A stretch of 64,000 bases of DNA from Hypanus sabinus. Its lineage: Eukaryota. A program made the position numbers and the translations under genes. Shown here piece after piece: positions 24,112-36,045 of the stretch. The stretch lies in NCBI RefSeq assembly GCF_030144855.1, contig NC_082706.1:104904001-104968000 (forward strand), given 5' to 3'. The notes under the pieces are model-generated. The model was not told the DNA's origin. It did not search any database and saw nothing but the letters and a program-made list of their open reading frames with translations. The stretch's first letter is position 1, and each line of letters starts with the position of its first letter.

Positions 24112-25097
24112 AAGTGAATTGACTTTATTTCTTACATCCTTCACATATGCGAGGAGTAAAAATCTTTATGTTATGTCTCCATCTAAATGTGCAATCATAG
24201 TGATTTATATTAGTTTATAATAAACAGAACAGTCAATGTAATAGAGAGTACACTCAAATCAGCATGAGTTCATCAGTCTGATAGCCTGGTATGCTGCGGT
24301 ACTGCTTCCTGGATGGTAGCAGCTGAAATAGTTTGTGGTTGGAACGGTTTGGGTCTCCAATGATCCTACGGGCTCTTTTTAAATACCTGTCCTTGTAAAT
24401 GTCCTGAATCATGGGAAGTTCACAACTACAGATGTGCTGGGCTGTCCACACCACTCTCTGCAGAATCCTGAAGTTAAGGAAGATACAGTTCCCATTCCAG
24501 GCAGTGATGCAGCCAGTCGGGATGCTCTCAATTGTGCCCCTGTAGAAAGTTCTCAGGATTTGGGGGCCCATACCAAACTTTCTCAACCATCTGAGGTGGA
24601 AGAGGCACTGCTGTGCCTTTTTCACCACAGCTGGTGTGTACAGACCACGTGCGGTCCTCAGTGATATGGATGCTGATGAACTTAAAGCTGTTTACCCTCT
24701 CAACCCCAGATCCATTGATGTCAATAGGGGTTAGCCCGACTCCATTTCTCCTGTAATCCACAACCAGCTCCTTTGTTTTTGTAACATAGAGTGAGAGGTT
24801 GTTTTCTTGACACCACTGTGTCAGAGAGATGACTTCTTCCCTGTAGGCTACCTCGCTATTGTTTGAGATTAGGCCAATCAATGTAGTGTCAGCAGATTGG
24901 AGCTGTGGGTGGTGATACAATCATGGGTATACAGGGTGTAAAGGAGGGGACTCAGTACACAGCCCTGACGGCTCCTGTATTGAGAGTCAGAGTGTTGGAG
25001 GTGAGGGACCCCACTCTTATAACCTGCTGGCGATCCAACAGGAAATCTAAGATCCAGCTGCACAAGGCAGGGTCAAGACCGAGGTCTCTGAGCTTCT
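24112..25097 (-). mobile_element. Rex1/Babar LINE 3' half
   Basis: LCSWILDFL..RQQVIRVG, QGCVLSPLLYTLYTHDC, KTKELVVDYR, KKAQQCLFHLR.L.KF and LLPS. Confidence 0.88.
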
Positions 25098-25328
25098 TTT
25101 GCACTCTATCACCCTTTATGCAATCTGGTGACTCCTTCGGACTGTGGTGCAAAAGATGCTGCCTGCCCCCACTTATTTCTTTTAAGTTCTGCACCTATGC
25201 AATCTAGTGTCTCCTCAGGACTGTCACTTGGGATATTATCATCAATTTACTGGACCTTGTCTATATCTTGCTGCATAGGAGACATTCAAGACTTTCAAAA
25301 TGGTCAGGCAGCAAACAGGAAATAGTTA

Positions 25329-26153
25329 CAGGTTTCCCCCTCTATCCGAAAGTATAGCGTTCCTATGAAACCTTTCGTAAGCCAAATTGGCATAAAGTGA
25401 AGAAGCAATTACCATTAATTTATATTTTTCAGTGTTCCCAGACCCAAAAATTAACCTACCAAATCATGCCAAATAACACATAAAACCTAAAATAACACTA
25501 ACCTATAGTAAAAGCAGGAATGATATGATAAATACACAGCCTATATAAAGTAGAAATAATGTATGCACAGTGTAGTTTCACTAACCAGAATTAGCAAATT
25601 GCAGTTTCGTCACAGTTAAACACTTGCTTATACGAATAACCACCTTCTGTAATTATTTTCTTCAGTTCTTCTGGGAAATTTTCAGCAGCTTCAACATCAG
25701 CCTTTCTCCACTCTCTTTAAGCTATGAAGCTGCCCTTGCCTCAAAAACTGATCAAACCACCCATGACTACCTTTAAATTCCACTTTCGCAACACTTTCAT
25801 CACGAGCTCTCTTAGGCTTTTCTGATACCTTAGGACTCATATTGCTAACGGATGCACAAAATACATCGAGATAAAGCACAGATGCTCACGGACACAGTTC
25901 AAAGCTATGGTGGCTTGATGCTGAGTGTAGTTCCCGCTGAAGGCGCCTGGCAGCACCACTCTCGCTGCTCGGGGTGCACGTTGCCTCTATGACGGCTCAC
26001 TGCAAAACAACACTGAACGCTATTTTCGCTTTTTTTCGTAAAAGCAAAAATCCTCTTCAGATTTCTTTCCATTAGCGAAAACAGGTACTAACGCAGGTCT
26101 TTCGTAAAAGCGAAGTTGCATAAAGTGAACTTTCGTAAAGCGGGGGATACCTA
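25329..26153 (-). mobile_element. Tigger/pogo (Tc1-mariner superfamily) non-autonomous element
   Basis: TA at 25327-28 and 26154-55; TIRs CAGGTTTCCCCC / GGGGGATACCTA; internal MSPKVSEKPKR and FKGSHGWFDQF (CENP-B-type HTH). Confidence 0.85.
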
Positions 26154-26344
26154 TACTTCCTTCTGATCAAGTCAATGAAAAGGGGTCATAAAGCCAAAGT
26201 ACAGAAAAATGCCTCTTTGTCCAACTCATCCGTATTGACTCCAATGTTTGAGTATACTAAGCCCATTTATCTGTATTATCTCTCAACTCCTTTCCAAGTA
26301 CCTGTTCAAATGGTTTTTACACCATTGTAATTTTATCTGATTTT

Positions 26345-26635
26345 GAGATTAGCTTTATTTGTCAGATACACATCAAAACATACAGTGAAATGCATTGTTT
26401 TGATTCAATGACCGACACTGTCCAAGGATTATGCTGGGCACAGCCCACAAGTGAAACTGCACTTTCGACATCCACATAGCATGCCCACAACTCACTAACA
26501 CTAATTTTTGGAATGTGGGAGGAAACCCACAAGGTGACAGGGAGAATGTACACTCCTTACAGAGTGGCCAGAATCAAAACCTGATCAGTGATTGCTGGTG
26601 CTGTAAGGTGATTGAACCAACCGCAATACTGCCAT
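26345..26635 (-). mobile_element. V-SINE (HE1-like) degenerate copy
   Basis: Reverse complement of the GTACATTCTCCCTGTCACC..GGGTTTCCTCCCACATTCCAAA core shared with 58358-58640. Confidence 0.65.
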
Positions 26636-26914
26636 GCCTTTACTACCTGTGATGGCAGCTCATTAAATTTAAAATCATCAGGATTTGAAGAGAAATCAAA
26701 ATAAATTTCTTAATGCAGAATTGATGATAAAGCTTGAAATGTTTTCCACAAGCAATTCAAGTAGAGAATGACACAGGTATCACAAAGATAAGTTCTCATA
26801 AATGGTCTGTTTTCTGCACCAGAGTATATTATTGATACAATAAATCAGGAGGCTGCCTCATGAGAAATGATCAATGTTTGAAAAAGTCAACATAGACCAG
26901 GGATCAAGACCGGT

Positions 26915-29225
26915 ACTATCCAGACCATCACTTCGGGGGATTTTAACCAGGCCAGCCTGACAGAGTCACTAAATAATTACCATCAAATACCACTTGTAGT
27001 ACCAGAAGAAACAACACACTGGACCACTGTTACACCATCAGAATACCGACCGTGCTATTTCACGCCCTTACTTTGGAAAGTCTGATCACCTGGCTGTGCT
27101 TCTACTCCAAGTACAGGCAGAGACTGAAGACTGCAGCACCAGTAGTGAGTACCCAGAAAGCAAGGGCAAGGGAAGCACAGAGGTGCTTACAGGACTGCTT
27201 TGAATCAGTGGACTGGACTTATATTCATGGAATCATCTTCAAATCCATTCGAATGTGTTCAGGTAATCTTCACAGTTGTTACCGGCTTCATTAAAACCTG
27301 CGTGGATGAGTGTGTGCCTGCAAAAACTTGCTGTACATTTCCAAACCAAAAGCCATGGATAGACTATGAGGTTCATCATCTGTCGAGGGGTAGATCTGCG
27401 GCAGTCTGGTGACCCAGCTCTGTACAAGAAAACCAGGTATGACTTGCGGAGGGCTATTTCAAGAGCAAGGGACAATTCCAAGCGAGGTTGAAGACAACTT
27501 CGGATGCATGTCAACTCTGGCAGGGTTTGCAAGACATTACTTCCTACAAAGCAAACCCAATAGCATGAATAGCAAAAATGCTCCTCTACCAGATGAGTTC
27601 AACTCCATCTATGCCCACTTTGAAAGGGAGAATATAACTGCAGCTGTGAAGATCCTCACTGCACCTGGTGACCTTGTGATCTTTGTCACAAAGAGGCCGA
27701 TGTTAGGCTGTCTTTAAGGAGGGTGAACCCTCACAAGATGGCAGGCCCTGATGGAGTACACATTAAGGATCTGAAAACTTGTGCTAATCAACTAATGGGA
27801 ATATTCCAGGGCATTTTCAACCTCTCATGCTATGTGCAGAAGTTCAAAAAGGCAACAATTATATCAGTATATGAGTAGTGTGAGCTGCCTTAATGACCAT
27901 CACCCAGCAGCACTCACAACTAAAGTGATGAAATGCTTTGAGAGGTTGTTTATGGCTAGAATGAATTCCTGCCTTAGCAAGGACCTGGATCCACTGCAAT
28001 TTGCCTATGCCACAATAGGTCTACGGCAGACACAATCTCAATGGTTCTTCACTCAGATCACTTGGACAAATCAAACACCTGTCAGGTGTTTGACTATAGC
28101 TCAGTGTTTAACACCATCGTTCTCCCAGTCCTGATCAATAAGCTACAGAACCTGGGCCTCTAAACCTCCTCTGCAATTGGATCCTCAACTTCCTAACCAG
28201 AAGACCACAACCTGTACAGATTGGTGATAATATCTCCTCCTCACAGACAATCAACACTGGCGCAACCCAGAGGGGGGTGTGCTTAGTCCATTGCTGTACT
28301 CACTCTATACCCATACATGTGTGGTTAGGTATAGCTCAAATGCCATCTAGAAATTTGCTGATAATACAACCATTGTTGGTAGAATCTCAGATGGAGATGA
28401 AAGGGTTGCAGGAGAGAGATACCCCAGCTGGTTGAGTGCTGTCACAGCAACAACCTTGCACTCAATGTCAGTAAGAAGAAAGAGCTGATTGTGGGCTTCA
28501 GGTAGGGTAGGATAAGGGAACACGAATCAAACCTCATAGAGGGATTAAAAGTGGAGAGAGTGAGCAATTTCAAGTTCCTGGGTGTCAAGATCGTTGAGGA
28601 TCTAATCTGGTCCCAACAAATTGATGCAGTTAGAGAGAAGGCAAGACAGCAGCTATATTTAATTTGGAGCTTGAGGAGAACTGGTTTGTCAACCAAAACA
28701 CTGGAAAACATCTAAAGATGTACAATGGAGATCATTCTGGCAAGCTGCATCACTATCTGGTATGGGGAGGCTACTGCACAGGACCATAAACTACAAAAAG
28801 TTGTAAAATTAGTCAGCTCCACCTTGGGTACCAGCCTTCATAGTATCCAACATATCTCAGAAAGAAAACATCCATTATTAAGAACTTTTATGACCCAAGG
28901 CATGACCTCTTCTCATTGTTACTATCAGCAAGGAGGTACAGAAGCTTGAAGGCACACACTTCCCTCTTGTTCAGCTTGTTCCCCTCTGCCACGATTCCTA
29001 AATGGACACTAAATCCATGAACACTACCTCACTTTTATTTATGTATGTTATTTCTGTTTTTGCACTATTTTAATCTATTCAATATACATATAATGCAATT
29101 AACATACTTTATTTTCTTTCTTCTTTTCTATATTATCATGTATTATATTGCATTGTACAGTCATTACTAAGTTAACAAATTTCAGGACACATACTGGTGA
29201 TAATAAACCTTTTTCTGATTCTGTA
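26915..29225 (+). mobile_element. Rex1/Babar LINE, long degenerate copy
   Basis: [54 protein letters not shown] and FKFLGV; (TCTGAT)n-like tail at ~29212-29223. Confidence 0.9.
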
Positions 29226-30146
29226 GGTTGCCTATTGAAACATGAAGGAAGCACATGTAAAATAAATACATTTGGGATAAACTTGCATTCACTTTGCAAT
29301 GCATCAGATCTCAAAGTACTTTCCAGTCAATTACTTATGAGGACTTGCTGACTTTAAGCAAGCAAAATTAGCAAAAAGTTTAGGCCAGGGGGCAGCACCA
29401 AGGCAGTTTTTAACAATGTGTGGTTTCTTCTACTCGATCCGTTTAACACAAGCCCCTTGTCTATCCACCGTGATGCAAACGACCCTGTACACTACCTAGA
29501 ACATAGACCCTTCACTCCACGATGTTGAGCCAACTTTTTATACTACTCCAAGATCAATCTAACCCTTCCCTCCCACATAGCTTTGCATTTTTCTTTCATC
29601 CATGTGCGTATGTTTGATTGGTAAATCTCCCGAATTTATCTGCTTCTACCACCACCACCACTGGCAGTGCGTTCCATGTACACTTTTCACTCCCTGTGTA
29701 AATAAAATAAACCTCTTACATCCCCCTATCCTCCAGTAACCTTAAAATTATGTCCTCTCTTATGAGCTATAACCACCGTGGGGGAAAAGGCACTGTCTGT
29801 CCAATCAATCTTTATCACCTTGTACACCTCTATCAAATCAGCTCTTATCCCAGCCGCTCCAGAGACTAACTATAGCTACTACAATCTTTCAAACACACAA
29901 ACCAAACTGCACTTTCTCCACAGATGTTGCCGAACCTGCTGTGTGCTTACAGCATTCTCCGTGTGCATTTGGAGGAGTGTACTCTTATTTACTGCACAGT
30001 CAGCACAGTCAGAGGCTGCGTGGCCAGTCACCCTGCTGTCGGTGGCATCCTTGACCCAGCCCGCTGCACAGGGAGGGCAGAGGTGGGTGCTGAAGGGATA
30101 CAACTCGTGCGTGTGTGCAACCGCCCGTGTCACTCCCAGGACTCAC

Positions 30147-30261
30147 CGCCATCCAGCTCCACGGTGTAGGTGGGCAGCGGCTCCAGCGACAGCCGGTAAC
30201 TGTCGAAGTTGGCGTCAATCAATCGCCTGTCCACACGGAGGGAGCAGTTAGCCGCCGCCAT
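30147..30261 (-). CDS. NUDCD1: NudC domain-containing protein 1, coding exon 1
   Basis: ATG at 30261 gives [38 protein letters not shown] (human N-terminus recalled as [38 protein letters not shown]); 115 nt, phase 1, donor GTGAGT; head-to-head with ENY2 as in mammals. Confidence 0.93.
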
Positions 30262-30313
30262 CACGCTCCGTCATCACTCCCGCCCGAGCACATGCGCGAG
30301 GTAGCGGGTTCCC

Positions 30314-30330
30314 CGGGAGTTGTAGTTCCC
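30314..30330 (-). promoter_or_regulatory. ZNF143/THAP11-type ACTACAnnTCCC motif
   Basis: Minus strand reads GGGAACTACAACTCCCG, the motif typical of vertebrate bidirectional promoters, ~55 bp upstream of the NUDCD1 ATG. Confidence 0.75.
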
Positions 30331-31714
30331 AAAGAGTACTCCGTTTATTTACTAACCACAAACCATTCTACTTACTTTAATGAAGTATTATTTCATTTAA
30401 GATTATTTCTGCTATTTTAAACCCATATTAATGTTGTTTTCTCGTTTAGATTCTTTGTGGTTGTTAGTAAAGGGGAAGATTAGTAACAGCGCACCAGTTA
30501 CCCTGGTCGTAAAAATAAATTAAGAGACACAACTTAAGAGAATTATTTCATTTGTTTTCTCTCCTTTTCCCCTGCTGATATATTTTGTCTTCTTTCAAGC
30601 CGTGAGCCGCGGATTGGTTGATTGCTGGCCTGGGAACTGTCATGTAGGAGCGTGGGTGCTGGGGGAGTTGTATGGCTGGGCACCGTCTCCTTGGATCCGA
30701 GCTGTTGGGGCCGAGGAAGTGAGGAAGGGAACCTGGAGCTGGGAGGAGGTGAGGGAATGTGTGGATCAGCGAAATATAGTTAAAGATGGGATGAGTGGGG
30801 CATGAAGAGGACTACAGGTAAAGGGGTATGAGTGGGGGATAGAGTGTGGCTATGAGGTGATGTGGGAGAGAACGAGGGCAGGAAAGTGCATCTCCAATTT
30901 TCCTTTGTTGTATGTCCTTCTCTAAACAATAAGTTCCAGGTTATTATTAAGCACTGCATTTAAAATTGTTTCTCTTACTTCCCGTATCTCCTGCCCAAAA
31001 CCTAAATCCGTGTCCTTTGTATCAGCAACAAATGGAAGTTATTGTTTTTATATGCCTTATATAAACCTGTCATAATCTTTCTGTCACCCTTCAACTCTTG
31101 CAGGGTGCATAACCTCCTTTCTCAATCATACCTTGCAAATAAAATACCTCATCCCCGGAACCCTTCTGTTAAGACTCCCTTCACCCTTTAAAGGGCCATT
31201 GCATCCTTCCGACAGTGCGAGTGCCATATTATGGTCGTGAAATAAATAGAACCTTATAAGAGCTAGGCAGACTTTTCTGCTTTGATGATTTCTATAATCC
31301 TATTTGTTTGAATTACTGTCTCCATAAGATCTATGTTATGTCCAAGTGTTTTTATTAGAACAGGAATTTGTTTGTTATTGTCCCATGTACTGAAATGCAC
31401 TGTAATTTTGTTTGTGTGTTATCCAGAAAAGGCATTCCATACACGTCAAGTTAGAGAAAAAGGAAAATAGAATGCAGAAGTATAGTGTTACAGTTACAAA
31501 GAAAGTACACTGCAGGTAGGCATATAAAAGACAAGAGCCATGATAAGGTAGAGTAGGAGATTTTTAGAAGTTTATCTATTAGCATATAACAGGTCTGTTC
31601 AAAATGGAAGCAGGGAGAAGAGAGAATGGGGGGTGGGTGGTAGGTTCTTCAATTATGTTGGCTGCTCACTGGAGCTGTCATACCAAGTTGCGATGTATCC
31701 AGGTAGAATACTAT

Positions 31715-32700
31715 CAGATTGCAGTTTATTATCATTGTCTTATCTGACAGGAAATTTGTTGCTTAGCAGCAACAGCACTGTGCAAAGTCAAAAATTACTA
31801 TAAGTTACAGAATAAATAGTGCAAAAGAATTGGAATGATGAGGTAGCATTTATGGACAGTTCAGAAATCTAACGGAGGGGAAGAAGCTGTTTCTGAATCA
31901 TTGAGTGAGGGTTTTCAGGCTCCTATGCCCTTTCCGTGAAGGTAAGAATGTGAAGAGGGCATAACCGGATGGTAATGGATGCCGCCTTCCTGAGGCAACA
32001 CCTCTTGAAGATGCCCTTGATGGGAGGGAAGGAAGTGCTTGTCATGGAGCTGGCTGGAACCCTTTGCAGCCTCTTGCAATCCTGTGCATTGGAGCCTCCA
32101 TACGAGGCTGCGTTGCAACCAGTCAGAATCCTCTCCACCGTACATCTAGAAATTTGCAAGTCTTTTATGACATATGAAATCTCTTCAAACTCCTAATGAA
32201 GAGCGGCTGCCATGATGTTGACACTCAAGAAATGAAGCTGCTTACCCTTTCCACTGCAGATCCCTCAATGAGGACTTGTGCATGTTCTCACGATCTTCCC
32301 CTTCCTGAAGTCCACAATCAATTCAATGATTTTGCCACCATTGTGTGCAAGGCTGCTATTGTGAAATAATTCAACCAACCAGTCTCTCATTACTATTTGC
32401 CTCCTCATCGTCATCTGAGATTTTACCAACAGCAATGGTGTTATCTGTGAATTTATAGATGGCATTTCAGTTATGCTGAAATTATTGTTGTGAGAGTAGA
32501 GCAGTGAGTTAAGCATGCATCTATTGAAAAAAAAAATTGTAATAGTTATTGGGGTCATGCTGACCCTTCTGAGGAAGTAGAGGCATCAATCTGCTTTCTT
32601 GGCTGTAGTGTCCATGTGCCTGGACCAGGACACATTTTTGGTGATATTTACATCTAAAAACTTGCAGCTTTCTACTATCACCACCTCAGCATCATTGATA
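31715..32700 (-). mobile_element. Rex1/Babar LINE fragments
   Basis: RCTVERILTGC...YG.SNAQD.KRLQRV...RCCLRKAASI and ELIVDFRK. Confidence 0.75.
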
Positions 32701-33498
32701 TTAACAACTCCTTAGAGTTGTGCCATTGAATTTTTATTTACTCTCCTTATCCTTTCTGGCAAAGTCTATCATCTTGCAATTTTGTCTGTTAAATTCCTTC
32801 CAGCACTTGAACGTCATTCTGTTACAATTATTAATATTCTCAATGTTAATACTGAGTAAAGTTGGATGAAGTATTCTGATATTTATGTTAGGGTATTAGA
32901 CTATGGCCTTACCGCTGAACTTTGGGAGCCTCTGTCAGTTGGGAACCACAACATACCAGAAGAGAAAAACAAAACCTCATATCCACCAATTACTCACAGT
33001 ATTTTTTCCTCAGTCTGCTTTGTTTTTGCCTTCTACCTATATCATGCTTTATGTGAAGTAAGAATAAAAGAAGGCTGAAGAATAACAAAAGCCCAATAAT
33101 TATGTCTAGATACCTTAAAATAAATTGAAAATGGGCATTTCCTCAAAGTGAGGAACTATTTTTCTGATTAACTTGCAGCTTCTTTATCTCCTATCCCACT
33201 TACATACTGCTCATTAGTTTTGTGTAGATGGTTTCCAATGTGCCTAGCCAAAAGATCTACACTCTATTTATGACATAAATTATTTGGCTGACACCTTTTG
33301 AAGTTTCTGATATTTCTCATCTATCATCTATACCCTGGATTCTAACCAATCATGAAATATTCAGATGTCCTAAAAGTCAATAGCAAGCTTGCATGACTAA
33401 GCCTTGGAAAATCATAGCTGTAAAAGTAAAAAGCCTCATTTTTTTTCTGCTTTTATATGGTGGTGTTTTCTTGTTATTTTATCTGCTAGCTTTCTGAA

Positions 33499-33566
33499 AT
33501 GAATAAAGACGCACAACTCCGAGCAACTATAAATCAGAAGTTGATAGAAACAGGTGAACGTGAACG
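33499..33566 (+). CDS. ENY2: ENY2 (SAGA DUB / TREX-2 subunit) first identified coding exon; the exon begins at 33490
   Basis: AG at 33488-89; (LSE)MNKDAQLRATINQKLIETGERER; donor GTAAG at 33567; 77-nt exon. Confidence 0.95.
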
Positions 33567-33654
33567 GTAAGAAAATTTCCATTGTGATTGTATTTCAGAT
33601 GTTCTAAATAAGTAGAATATCATTTAATTCTAATCTTGTCCTTTTTGCCTCCAG

Positions 33655-33725
33655 TCTGAAGGAGCTGCTCAGAGCAAAACTCACTGAATGTGGATGGAAA
33701 GATCAGTTGAAAGCACACTGTAAAG
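33655..33725 (+). CDS. ENY2: ENY2 coding exon
   Basis: CCAG|..[23 protein letters not shown]|GTACAC; 71 nt; frame consistent. Confidence 0.97.
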
Positions 33726-34635
33726 GTACACATTGATTAGGAAAAGATAAAGGAATATAGGGAAATTGAAGAAAGATGGAAAAACCAGATCAAGTGAGAG
33801 TAGTAGGAAACTGGACTATTTCTTGGTAGGGGGTCAGCTATTTTAGCAATGAGCAGTAATTTCATAATCACAGATGGTTAGTGAGGCTCAGTTGTTAAGT
33901 TTATTAAATCTTGAAGGTGAGAAATCTTGGACATTTGAACCAAGGAAGACCAAGAATCATGTGGAACTGCTGCTTAGGAAGATCACCCCTGATATTACAA
34001 TGGTGATGCTAGGTCAAGAGCAGATTGAGTAATTCTCTTTTATTTCTTATGTTCTTGAAAGGAAGGACTTGGGCCAAAATATAAGTGTCTCAACTCTGTA
34101 ACCTGCATTTTAAATTGGCTTTAAAGATTATCATTGTTTCTTATAATTTGTATCTGCTAAGCAGAACTGTATTATTCACTATAGATACAAACCTAAAGCT
34201 AGCAAATGGGATTTGTGTAGATGGACAGAAGGGCTGTCATGGGTGTAATGGGTTGAAGGGCCTTTTTCCATGTCCTACAACACTGTGATTCTACAACTGT
34301 CAGAATTCATGTCAACACTGAGTTAATGCTATCAGTAGAAAAAGGTTGGGAAACAGAGTAAGGAATGAGGATGTCTGGAATCACAGTGGGGCACTGTTTC
34401 TGCTTGGCCTGTTTTCAAATGTTCATGCACATAAGTGAACTTGGAGAGCATTCATGTGAAATCCATTGATAAGAAGCTTCTGTAATGATGACATGTATAT
34501 GTTTGACAGTTTAATGTAGCCTTGTGATACCAGTGGAGACACAAGAAATGGCAGATAATAAGGTCTGGAGCAAAACAAAAAGCTGCTCTAGGAACTCAGT
34601 GGGTCAGGCCATACACACGTAGGCAAAAGCTTCAT

Positions 34636-35455
34636 ACACAAAATGCTGGAGGAACTCAGCAAGCCAGGCAGCATCTATGGAAAAGAGGTGGAGGCAGCTG
34701 TAGCACTTGTACTGCTTGCAAGGATAAGTACCAAGAGGGAGATTACTGGGGAGAGATGATTTGTCCTCCCTCCTACTACTTGTCAAACCTCCTCCCTCAC
34801 TACTATTTAGGGCCCCGAACAGTCCTTCCAAGTGAGATGACGCTTCACTTGTGAGACTGTTGGGGTCATATTCTGTGTCCAGTGCTCCCAGTGTGGCCTC
34901 CTGTATATCAGAGAGACCCAACATAGATTGGGAGACCACTTCGCAGAGCACCTATGCTCCGTCCACTAGGAAAAGCAGGATCTCTCAGTGTCCACTCACT
35001 TTAGTTCCACTTCCCATTCTAATATGTCTATCCATGGCCTCCTCCACTGTCGGGTTGGAGGAACAACAACATTATTCTGTCTGGTTAGCCTCAAACCTGA
35101 TGGCATAAACATCAATTTCTCAAACTTCCGATAATGCTCTGTTCCTCTCCTTCGCCATCACCTTTCCCTCTCTCACCTTACCTCCTGTCCACCCATCACC
35201 TCCCTCTGGTGCTCCCCCCCCCCCCCACCTTTCTTCCATGGTCACCTGTCCTCTTCTATCAGACTCCCCCTTCTCCAGCCCAGTATCTCTTTCACCAGTC
35301 AACTTTCCAGTTCTTTACTTCATTCCTCCCACTTCGGGTTTCACCTATCACATTGTGTTTCTCTCTCCCCTCCCCCCACCTTTTCAATTTACTCAACTTT
35401 TTTTTTCTCTCCTGCTGAAGGGTCTCGGCCCGAAACATCAACAGTACTCTCTGTG
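34636..35455 (+). mobile_element. Penelope-like element (GIY-YIG) 3' part with an inverted 5' segment
   Basis: Plus strand FTCETVGVIFCVQCSQCGLLYIRETQHRLGDHFAEHL (GIY-YIG); the inverted piece encodes GTYPCKQYKCYSC and carries a reversed terminal repeat; ends in a hammerhead-like motif. Confidence 0.85.
35408..35445 (+). ncRNA. Minimal type I hammerhead ribozyme-like motif (variant core) in a Penelope terminal repeat
   Basis: CTGCTGA-A-GGGTCTCGGCCC-GAAA-CATC: CUGANGA-like core (A6C), stem II and GAAA; stems I and III decayed. Confidence 0.55.
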
Positions 35456-35489
35456 TCCCCCGATTTGTTCTTTTCTTTTTTGTGCCCTG

Positions 35490-36045
35490 CAGATAGTCTA
35501 TAACTTAATGGTATGAACATTGAATCAATCAATTTCTGGTAACCCACACACCCCTCCATTCCTTTCTATATCCTTTTAATCCACCCAGGTCCTCTCACTC
35601 ATCCCCTTCTTTCCCCTGTCCCAGCTCCCTGTGTTTCCTCCTCCACATAGTTCCTCTGTCTACCACGCACACACTCTACCCACACAATACCTGTTTCCTC
35701 CCCTTTTCCCAACTGCTCAACATCCTTCACTTCTCTGGATCTACTCACCACCTTCTTTTCAGATTTCCTAATCTACAGCCCCTCAAAATCTCCACTCTCA
35801 CATCCCAGCTTTTGTCACAATCTCCACTACCCCCTCCCCCCCAACATCCACTTGGCTCCATTTCCACATCAACTCCTCCTTACATAGATACCTACCTCCC
35901 CCCTCCCACAAAACACTTTATATTGGCTGTCTCCCCTTTGTACTTGCAACCCTAATGGAGGCTCAAAACCAAAATGTTGATTATCCCTTTGCCTCCACAG
36001 GTGGCGCAAGAAATAGCACTCCAGCAGACTGTTTTATGTTTCTGT
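35490..36045 (+). mobile_element. Older Penelope-like 3' UTR/terminal repeat remnant
   Basis: C/T-rich tract ending in a degenerate terminal repeat (CCTAATGGAGG..CCAAAATGTTGA..CCTTTGCCTCCACAG). Confidence 0.5.

Larger units (their letters stand above)
30000..30790. promoter_or_regulatory. CpG-rich bidirectional promoter region NUDCD1/ENY2
   Basis: Two CpG/GC-rich blocks (~30000-30330 and ~30590-30790) around an AT-rich core; NRF1-like GCACATGCGC at 30288-30297; inverted CCAAT (ATTGG) at ~30613. Confidence 0.75.

Noticed and set aside
29381-29398. CTCF-like motif GGCCAGGGGGCAGCA upstream of the promoter block
   Set aside because: Plausible but a single short match; cannot be supported without PWM scoring or ChIP.
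30292-30306. ATG CGC GAG|GTAGCG as a coding first exon of ENY2
   Set aside because: In phase with the 33490 exon, but only ~30 bp from the NUDCD1 start codon, with a weak donor and overlapping the NRF1-like motif; no support without transcripts.
29778-30420. Several 70-157 aa ORFs over the promoter
   Set aside because: Stop-poor GC-rich sequence antisense to or overlapping NUDCD1 exon 1; no recognisable motifs.
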